A stretch of 64,000 nucleotides of DNA from Candidatus Dormiibacterota bacterium. Its GTDB lineage: Bacteria; Chloroflexota; Dormibacteria; Aeolococcales; Aeolococcaceae. The notes beneath the pieces were generated by a model. The model was not told where the DNA came from, did no database searches, and was given only the letters and a program-made list of their open reading frames with translations. This document shows positions 56,030 to 64,000 of this stretch, one piece after another. The translations under genes were made by a program, and so were the position numbers. Where the stretch lies: NCBI GenBank assembly GCA_963799005.1, contig CAWCVK010000001.1, positions 2,081,746 to 2,145,745 on the forward strand, given 5' to 3'. The number at the start of each line of letters is the position of its first letter. Position 1 is the first letter of the stretch.

Positions 56030-56037
56030 GGATCGCG

Positions 56038-57703
56038 ATGAATCCGGCCACGTTCCTGAGGCACTCGAGCTGCGCTCACAGGGAGTGGGGGAGAGCGCTC
56101 GGCGAGCCGCGCGCCTCGAGCGCGCACACAACGCGGAGCGACTGCTAGTGGCGACCGCCGCCTCTCTGGTGTGCGTGATCGCGGTGCTCATGGTCGACCC
56201 TCGCGACTCGGATGGCGGACGCGAGCACGAAGGCGTCGGGGGCTGCTCCCCCGATGGGGACTGCCGCGCGCGCCGCGGCGGAATTTCGCGTCCTGGGGTG
56301 AGGTGAGATCACGGCTGGATGGCCGCGTCGCGCGGACGGTGACGATCATCGTCGACCCCAAGGGCCGTGACGGCCGGCGCGAACGGTGATCTATCTCGGG
56401 CGCGACGTCGCCAGCCGCACCTGGCTGTGGGGGAGTCCGGAGAACGCCTACCTGCTGCTCGCCCCGCCCCGCCGCGGCAAGGGGGTGAGCGTGATCATCC
56501 CCAACCTCCTGGACTGGCCGGGTCCGCTGGTGGCCACCTCGACCAAGGACGATCTGATCGTCCATACCGCCTGCGCGCTCCGCCAGGAGCGGCCGGTGTA
56601 CGTCTTCGACCCCACCGGCTTCAGCGAGTGGCCCGACCCGGTGGGCTGGGATCCGGTCGCCGGCTGCGAGGATCCCCAGGTCGCCATCTACCGCGCCCGC
56701 GCGCTCAACGCCGCCGCGGGCAGTTCACAGGGCATCCAGCACGCCGACTACTTCCAGTCGTACAACGAGGCGATCCACCGCTGCTACCTGCACGCCGCGG
56801 CGGTCTCCGGACGCGACATCGCCACCGTCCGGCAGTGGGTCAACAGGGCGGAGAGCCACGACGCCATCCGGTGTCTGCGCGAGAGTCCCGCCGCGCCGGA
56901 GTGGGCCGACGACCTCGAGGCGATCACCGGCATGCACGACCAGGCGGTCAGCAACGTGTTCAGCGGTGCGCGGCGCGCCTACGACTGCCTCGCGGATCCG
57001 CGGGTCCTGCGCGCCTGCCAACCCGGCGCGGCGGCCGGATTCATCGCCGACCGAATCATCACCGAGCGAGCGGCGCTCTTCATCGTCGGCACATCGGGCG
57101 CGCAGGCGAGCATGGCGCCGATCATCACCGCGCTGATCGAGACCATCGTCAATGCGGCCAAGCAGGGGGCCGCGCGCTCGGCCGACGCGGCGGCTGACCC
57201 CGCCACTCGGGCTCTTCCTCGACGAGTGCGCCAACATCGCGCCGCTGCCGTCGCTGCCCCAGCTCGTGACCGACGGCGCCGGCCAGGGCATCACCACGAT
57301 GATCGTGCTCCAGTCGCTGGGCCAGGCCCGGGCGCGCTGGGGGGTCGACGGGACCGCCGCCCTCTGGGACGGATGCACCGTCAAGATCGTGCTCGGCGGA
57401 CTGGCCGACACCAGGGACCTGGAGACGGTGAGCCGCATGTGCGGCGACGTGGACATCGAGGTGCCGGGCCGCAGCTATACCGCCGCAGGCGAGCAGACTC
57501 GCAGCTTCTCGCACCGACGCGTGCCGGCGTTCGCCCCGGGACAGGTGCGGACGTTGCGCCGATGGCACGGCCTCCTCTTCTACGAGGAACTGCGCCCCAT
57601 CGAGACGGCTCTGCCCGGGTGGTGGGACCTGGCGCGCTACCGGCCGCGAGTCGAGCAGGCCGTGAACGCGTTCGCGATGTCGCGCGCGGTGGGAGCGGTA
57701 TAG
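56038..57703 (+). CDS. VirD4/TraG type IV coupling protein, frameshifted
   Basis: LAPPRRGKG, ATSTKDD, VFDP, LFLDECANIAPLP, VLQSLGQ...RWG. Confidence 0.88.
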
Positions 57704-57933
57704 GTGAAGGGCATGACACTACCTCGGCCGGTTGGCAAGTCCAGTAATGGGCTCGCCGACAATGCCGTTGCCATGCCCGTCCGGGAGGGTCGCAGCTTGC
57801 GCCTCGAGCCAGCGAACCTAGCGTTTCAGTTGCTTCGGGTGCGTGACGTCGAGGTGGTCGGCGTCCTGGTCGGGCCCGACCGCACCTACTGATCGCCGGC
57901 TGGCAGCGGCGACAGCCGCAAGATATAGCTTCC

Positions 57934-58791
57934 ATGCCAGAACGCCAAGAGGTCTACTCGGTCCGCAATGGACGTCCGAGGCCGCTGGCACCGGTCACCT
58001 TCGAGCAGTTTCGCCGTCATGCCACGACTGTTCTGTCGGATCTTCACGCCCAAGATCAGCTCCAAGAGGCATTTGGCTACTACTGCACCGACAACGGCGT
58101 GATCCCCGGTCGAGAGGGGAGCGATCCGGACCTTCACTTCGAGATCGAGCTTGGGTTCCCTGCACTGCCGTTCGCCCGCACGGTCCCGACCATCGAGGCT
58201 GACCAGCTCTTTGACCTGATCGCAGTGGTGTATCGATTCGTCTCGAAGGGCAACCCGAAGACGGGCTACCTGCATGAGTGGGATCAGTGCGGGTGGCACT
58301 ACCGAGACTTCGACGCCAACGCCGCGCGCGAAGAGCTTCGGAACAAACTCAACCCCTTGCTTGGTCGCCTCAATCTGCCGCTTGAGCTGCTGCCCGCGGG
58401 CATGATCGTCGAGCGTCCGTCAGATCCACTGAGTGAGTTGATCAGCGAATCAATTCCGGCTGTTCTGCCCGTCGACCAAGTGGCTGACCCCGTGCAGGTC
58501 GCTACACGGCGGTATCTGCGCGCACGAGGGTACGACGCTGAGCGGCGAGCCGCGGTGGTGGAACTGGCGGGCGTGCTCGAATACATGAGACCGCAGGTCA
58601 AGACCGCACTGCTGAGCGACGACGAGTCAGACCTCTTCAACATCGCCAACAACTTTGCCCTCCGGCATCGCAATCTCAGACAGAAGTCCGACTACGATGA
58701 GCCGACCTGGCTGCCCTGGATGTTCCAGGTTTATGTCGCGACCATCCATGCGGTGGCTCGGGTCATCGAGCGCGAGTCCAAGGTCAACTAG
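57934..58791 (+). CDS. AbiJ-like protein with HEPN-like C-terminus
   Basis: LFDLI N-domain and LFNIANNFALRH...WMF; family assigned from recalled motifs. Confidence 0.6.
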   Translation: MPERQEVYSVRNGRPRPLAPVTFEQFRRHATTVLSDLHAQDQLQEAFGYYCTDNGVIPGREGSDPDLHFEIELGFPALPFARTVPTIEADQLFDLIAVVYRFVSKGNPKTGYLHEWDQCGWHYRDFDANAAREELRNKLNPLLGRLNLPLELLPAGMIVERPSDPLSELISESIPAVLPVDQVADPVQVATRRYLRARGYDAERRAAVVELAGVLEYMRPQVKTALLSDDESDLFNIANNFALRHRNLRQKSDYDEPTWLPWMFQVYVATIHAVARVIERESKVN

Positions 58792-59791
58792 ACAGGTCTC
58801 CGCAGGAGCACTCGGATAGCTCCAGAAGGTTGGGCAGACCGAGACGGAGACCGGTGAAGTCAGGGCATCCGCCTGGCCAAAGGCGAACCAGTGTGCCGAG
58901 GGGTGTGTGCGGTGTGTCAGCTGAGTACTTGGTACCCATTAGGACCGCGCGATCGGTCGCATCCAGCCAAATGGACACATGTGGCTCGACGATGACCGTG
59001 TCCGTCCGATTCCACGGCGTGGTTGCAAATGACATCCACTTCGAGAGGGCTACGGGGCCGCCGGCACGCGGATCGAGAGCAAGCAAATCGCGGTCGAAAA
59101 GCGTCCCACGTGTCTCGAATATGAGGATGTTTCTATCCGCGGGTACTGCGCGAAACTTTCTCAAGGCATTCTCGAGATGGCGGGCCAACTCGGTGCTCAG
59201 CCAACGGAGAGCTTCAGTTTCGCGAATACTGCCCGGTTCGAGCGTGTAGTCCCATAACCACGGCTCGACGCGCGACCCGCCTGAACCGATGCGGGACAGA
59301 CGGTAGCCTGGAATCGGGTCGCAATGACCCGGCAGTGATCCATTCGCCACGGCCGCTCGGACCCATCTCACTACCGTGTCCAACTCGGGGAGCGATAAAC
59401 GTGCGGTTAGATCGAGCGCATCGATGTGAATCTCGCATGTGTACGTGCCGGGCACTATTCCATCGAGTTGCCCGGACAGTGTGTTGACCGCGACGGCGTA
59501 CTGCTGTCGGATGTGAGGTGATACGAGTCGCTTCACTTCGACATTCCAGTCTTCACCGCTCTTGGTGTCGACAAAGACAAAGTCCGGTGCCATGCCTGTT
59601 TGATGTGGTTCGTCGTCTGGCGCGCGCGAGTACTGGAGATCATGCCGACGGAAGGCGTGGCAGGCGGCCAAGGCTGTCGGCCACTCGTGCTCTTTCTGAC
59701 GATTCTTGAAGTTCGGCGCTTGCTGCACGCTTTGGAGGCTCCTAATGTGGTGGGCGCTGGAAGTCGGGTGTTCCCATTTAGATAAGCTCAT
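58784..59791 (-). CDS. Hypothetical PD-(D/E)xK nuclease
   Basis: APDFVF...WNVEVKRL. Confidence 0.6.
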   Translation of the reverse strand: MSLSKWEHPTSSAHHIRSLQSVQQAPNFKNRQKEHEWPTALAACHAFRRHDLQYSRAPDDEPHQTGMAPDFVFVDTKSGEDWNVEVKRLVSPHIRQQYAVAVNTLSGQLDGIVPGTYTCEIHIDALDLTARLSLPELDTVVRWVRAAVANGSLPGHCDPIPGYRLSRIGSGGSRVEPWLWDYTLEPGSIRETEALRWLSTELARHLENALRKFRAVPADRNILIFETRGTLFDRDLLALDPRAGGPVALSKWMSFATTPWNRTDTVIVEPHVSIWLDATDRAVLMGTKYSADTPHTPLGTLVRLWPGGCPDFTGLRLGLPNLLELSECSCGDLSS

Positions 59792-59825
59792 TTCGGTCGA
59801 TGGCCGGGAGGTGATGAACCGATGA

Positions 59826-61016
59826 TCAGAGTGCGTCCCGCTCTGGAAAGAGCGGCCCGTATGAACGCGTGAGGAAGAGCAGCGGGCTCGGGGGCCCAAG
59901 TGCCCATTCAAGCAACCAATTGTCCGCGAGAGCTCCCGCTACACCCGGCACCGGCGATACGAGCGCCGACCCTTGAGACACAAGGAAGCGCGCCACTCGA
60001 CCGAGAGGTGAGCGCAGCCCTCCAGCGATCCGTGATCGAAGGCCGGTCAGAGCGTCGCGTATCTCCTCATCGCTTGGGGTCGTAGAGTGAAGCCAGTCAC
60101 GAAATCTGCGCGCTTCTTCCCCAGAAGTTACGTCCAAGACCCGATCCAAGCTCACGTCAATTTCGCGGCTCACGCTCGGTAACCCCGCGAGTGTCACCAC
60201 CCGCTCAAACTGCTCCGCATGGACGTTGTACGGTTCGAGGAAGGTATTCAGGCGGGCCTTCAACAACGGCATTGTACTCACAGGCAGCTCCGGGATTGCG
60301 GCATACTGACTGCGCATCACTAGCCTCTGAGAAAGGCCGGCGCAATTCAAGATGGCCCGCGTGACGTACTGGTGCTCATGATCAGCCGAGAGCCCAAACT
60401 TGGCACTGAGGTTCGTCTCGATGTGCCATCCAGTCTCATCGACAGGCTCGGTGTCGACAGTTAGCTCAGCGACGTCAAAGCGAATGCCCATAGCGTCGGC
60501 GACGGCATCGTGGATCGCCTGCTTAAGCAGAGGAGTGTTCTGGAGGTCATAAGCGACTGCAGCCTCAGTCTCGGATACCATCAGCGGAGGTTGTCGCACC
60601 AACCTTCGGTACGTCGCTGCGATGAGCCTTTGGCGCATGTGCTTTCCGATCTTGTCAGTCGCGGGCCAATCATCCACCGACCGCGACGCGTGGCGGTCCG
60701 GCTCAGGGATTGTTATGGGTAGTAGGCGGTACTGAAGCTGCGGCAGCACTGGTCGGCCGGAGAGACCAAGGCTGCCCGTTTCGCCGACGGTAAGGGGGAT
60801 TGGCTGGAAGGAGATTCGCTCAGACTCGAGTAGATGCATTACCGGATCGAATCCGAACCAATCGATGAGTAGCGGGATCTCCTGCAGCGAGTTGGACTTG
60901 ACGATGATTTGGTCGAAGACAATCAGACCGCGTAACAGCGCGCCAGGATCCAGCGCCGTGCTGACGCCGCCAGCTGTGGCACTCAGTTTCAGGATGGCCC
61001 GGCGCACGCTGGCCAC
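59826..61016 (-). CDS. Hypothetical protein
   Basis: Intact 396-aa ORF with AGGAGG RBS. Confidence 0.75.
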   Translation of the reverse strand: MASVRRAILKLSATAGGVSTALDPGALLRGLIVFDQIIVKSNSLQEIPLLIDWFGFDPVMHLLESERISFQPIPLTVGETGSLGLSGRPVLPQLQYRLLPITIPEPDRHASRSVDDWPATDKIGKHMRQRLIAATYRRLVRQPPLMVSETEAAVAYDLQNTPLLKQAIHDAVADAMGIRFDVAELTVDTEPVDETGWHIETNLSAKFGLSADHEHQYVTRAILNCAGLSQRLVMRSQYAAIPELPVSTMPLLKARLNTFLEPYNVHAEQFERVVTLAGLPSVSREIDVSLDRVLDVTSGEEARRFRDWLHSTTPSDEEIRDALTGLRSRIAGGLRSPLGRVARFLVSQGSALVSPVPGVAGALADNWLLEWALGPPSPLLFLTRSYGPLFPERDAL

Positions 61017-61237
61017 GGTCAGCCTCCTACCCGCGCAAGTTGGATCACCTCAGTTGTCTCCGCCGGTGTCCAGGAACGCTCGCAGCCATTATTGAGAGCC
61101 AATGTACGTCCCCTCAATCGAGCGACGTCTGAGTCCCCGTTGTGAAGGTCAAAACCACATCGGAAACTCAGTGGGTCGCAGCTTTGAGTACTCGCTCTGA
61201 GGAATCTTGACGGCGGCAGCCTTGGCCCAGCCGAGCG

Positions 61238-62981
61238 TCAACGGACGACGTTCACATCCGCACCGCTTCGAACCCGGCTCTTTGCGCTCTTGGGCTTGCT
61301 GCCAATCGGCCAGGTTCTGAGGGCGAGGTCGGCTAGGATCCTCTGACGTTCCCGTATTGCAGTGGGCGACCAGTCGGCGGCGTCTGCCACCTGGAGGGTC
61401 AGTTCATAGGGGGACGCGGAGTAGATCGCCCGCTTCTCCTGGAAAGTGGCGCTTCCCAAGTTGGAGTTGTCGCTAGCCTTCATGAGCACGAGGTTCCCAA
61501 GCCGCTTGGAGTATTGCGCTACGTCATCGGGTGTGAACTGTGGCCAATTGCCTTCGGGCTGCTCGGGCAGGACATGTTCGAGATTGATGATGTCAGGGTC
61601 GTTGACCGGGTAAAACCACGGCTCTTGCTGGCCTTTGGCCGTCATTTCCAGGGATCGGAGGTAGTAGCGAGCTAGTCTGGCAGTTGCCACCCGAGCGATC
61701 TCAAAGCTCTCTCTGAACGAGGCATCGCCGGGCACAAGTGCGTCGAGTTCAACGCGAAGGTTCTTTGCGGTGTTGACCTCGCTCAGGTACACCTTCTTCG
61801 CGGCGTCCGAGAGGGGCTTAGCGACGCCACCGCTTCGAATGGTCGCGGCGATGACCAGACGAACACCCAGCGAAACTAAGAAGCTGAGGGCGGCTGCCGC
61901 TTCGCGCTGGTCGAATCTCGATGAAATCGCAAGGACCAGCGCTCGCATAGGCTTGATATCGAATTCATTGAGCACCTTAAGCGCTCGGCGAGCTGAAGGT
62001 GGGTAGGCATTCCACCGCTCATGGTCCGAACTGAACGTGGCGACATAGGTGGGGGCCAGATTTCTCAAGCTGCGACGCGAAAAGAGCTGCGGCCTGCTCG
62101 CCTTTGGCGGTCTCTTGAACGGCGTTGTAGACCTCAGCGGGAGTCCGCAGGTAGCCCTTTCTCAGGGTCAGCGAGTGCTGGAGATAGTTGATAGTGACAT
62201 CAGGGTCGTCCACGGATTCCAACGCTCCGCGCATCGCCGCCCACTTCATTTGAACCTCATGGGATCGGGAGCCGGCCTTTCCAAATAGGTAGTTCTTGAT
62301 GAGGTCAGCCTGCGAGGTTCGGAGCCCGCGATCATTCAGAGTTTCAAACATCGTATAAGCGCTCGCGGGATCAGGGACTTCAAGCAACACGACGCGAGCG
62401 CGGCGCTCAATGAAGGTAATCCAACCTTCTAGGAGATCGCTGTGGTGCTTCTTGTCGACCGATGCGACGATGTCGTGGACGTGCTTCTTAGCGGTGTCGA
62501 ATGCTGCCCGTAGGTTCTTATGTGACAGGCGCTTACCCTCGGGCAAGATCCGAGTTGGGTCGTCGTCGACAATGGCTCGAAACAGATCGTTGTCGTCGAC
62601 ATTCAGCCGCAGCCGGGGAATGTGTTCATGCCGCTGCCGGTCGTAGGTCGCCAAATAGTCGGATGAGATCGAGTTAGCACGCTCTGCCTCGCCAAGCTCC
62701 CGATCATAGTCGCGAATTGCCGCGATCAAGAGAGATGTCGTCGCGAGCCTCTGTTGCCCGTCTACGACCTCAAGGTCATCAGAACTATCAGCTCCAGAAA
62801 TGGTGACGATGGTGCCGAGGAAGTATTCAACGTCGTCGTTGTACGCTCGCGCCAGATCCTGATAGAGAGTCCGCACTTCATGGGTCCACGCGTAGTCGCG
62901 TTGATTTGGTGGAACGGTCAATCGGTGCCTTTTGAGAATTGCGCCGATGCCTCCATGGTCGACGCGCAGCTGGTCAGTCAT
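61238..62981 (-). CDS. GmrSD-family DUF262-DUF1524 (HNH) protein, frameshift near 62065
   Basis: VPPNQRDYAW, VVDGQQRL, FETLNDRG; LEHVLP...LGNLVLM...N. Confidence 0.9.
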
Positions 62982-63183
62982 CGACGAGCCTCAGAGGGAC
63001 CGGCGGCACAAAGGGGACGCGTTGGCCGGCGCTCTCAAGGTCTCGTATTGCAGCGAGCCGAAGCCTTTCTCGAACCCACGCTGAGAGCGGGATCCCGGCA
63101 AGGGAAGCTGCCTTCTGAAACGCCTCCTTCTCTGTGTCTGAAACTCGGATCTGCAAGTAACTCGTCTTCTGTGTGCGAATCAT
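62974..63183 (-). CDS. Small RHH protein (DUF1778-like)
   Basis: LQIRVSDTEKEAFQKAASLAGIPLSAWVRERL; overlaps the DUF262 start. Confidence 0.75.
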   Translation of the reverse strand: MIRTQKTSYLQIRVSDTEKEAFQKAASLAGIPLSAWVRERLRLAAIRDLESAGQRVPFVPPVPLRLVDD

Positions 63184-63476
63184 GGCTTGATTGTACAGCG
63201 TGCGTCATTACAAAACTAGCACAAGGCTTGGATTGTCATTACACGCGCAATACAATACGGCCATGAATACGCTCACGGCAGCCAACAAGGACCGCCGTGG
63301 TCCACTGCCTTGTCGAGTGCAACTTCGCTATCGATCTCGCGCCCAGAGCGCCGAACGCGCCGACAGGAACGCTCCGAGGCGACGAGCATCAAGCGGACGC
63401 AGGGTTCGGGTCGTCTCGCTCGATCGATCGCCCGTCTCGCACTCAGCCTGGCTGCGTCTACGCTCGGCAGAACGCG

Positions 63477-64000
63477 TCAAACGGGTCTTTTCACCAGGTC
63501 GTCGATGTTGTTCTCCAGCGCGGCCTTGAGGTCGCTGTACCAGCTCGCGTCGCCGATGCCACCGAGGTGCAGCATTGTTGAGATTGCGCGTGCTGCCCGG
63601 GCGATTGCTTCGCGCCGCGGTTGAGGAAGGTCACGGTCCGCGATCTCTGCCGCGTGCAGCACATTGAAGTCGGCCAGTTGTTGCACGATTTGATTGAAGC
63701 AATCGATCCGCCAGAGGGCGATGTTGACGGCCTCGATGGTTTCCCTCTGTACCAAGTCCCCTTCGCCCGGCTGGGCGATCAACGCCGTTAGCGGCTCGAC
63801 GGGAACCGGAAAGACCTGTCCGAAGCCGTACTCCATGATGTGGTCGAAATCCTGTTGCGCTCGGTGTCGCGCGCCTGGTTCGTCGTAGGCGTTGAAGTAA
63901 AGAGTGCCCGTAGGCTTCATGCCATCGCGCACGGCACGCAGCATCGCAACGACGGCATCCACGTCGCGCTGCCTTTCATCCGACTGTTGGGAGAGGTAGA
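63477..64000 (-). CDS. Hypothetical protein, 5'-partial
   Basis: Protein-like reading frame open to the window edge. Confidence 0.55.
   Translation of the reverse strand, partial: YLSQQSDERQRDVDAVVAMLRAVRDGMKPTGTLYFNAYDEPGARHRAQQDFDHIMEYGFGQVFPVPVEPLTALIAQPGEGDLVQRETIEAVNIALWRIDCFNQIVQQLADFNVLHAAEIADRDLPQPRREAIARAARAISTMLHLGGIGDASWYSDLKAALENNIDDLVKRPV

Larger units (their letters stand above)
2790..64000. mobile_element. Integrative conjugative element at tRNA-Pro; right end outside the window
   Basis: Integrase directly after the tRNA, plus MOB_F relaxase, VirB4, VirD4, partition and anti-restriction genes and defence cargo; no second copy of the tRNA 3' end seen. Confidence 0.88.

Noticed and set aside
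2809-64000. Prophage interpretation, or attR within the window
   Set aside because: No capsid, terminase or tail genes, and no repeat of the tRNA 3' end found by eye.

Overview
High-GC bacterial chromosome segment. The first 2.8 kb is host core (cysteine synthase, a Mec-like JAB peptidase, der, tRNA-Pro(GGG)). The rest is the left part of a large integrative conjugative element (ICE) inserted at the tRNA-Pro 3' end; no attR was seen, so it probably runs past 64 kb. Its backbone comprises a tyrosine integrase, an HTH gene, a MOB_F relaxase with a candidate oriT, a leading region (ParA plus RHH protein flanked by 9-bp periodic arrays, two SSB-like genes, RadC, ArdC, ParB, long hairpins), an atypical two-component pair, a monoderm-type T4SS operon, a Tad-pilus operon and VirD4. 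Two large cargo blocks hold defence genes: helicase-Vsr, SIR2-like, type I R-M, type II CBASS, AbiJ-like HEPN, GmrSD and several unnamed nucleases. The main finding is a 19-bp direct-repeat box, TGTAAGCG-N3-TGTGAGCG, lying 9-10 bp upstream of a TAnnnT -10 element at six ICE promoters (HTH, relaxase, parA, T4SS, tad, virD4). This pho-box-like geometry suggests the element's own OmpR-like regulator coordinates transfer and a Tad pilus. Frameshifts are pervasive, even in essential der, and most are probably long-read errors. All calls were made by eye from motifs, with no database searches.
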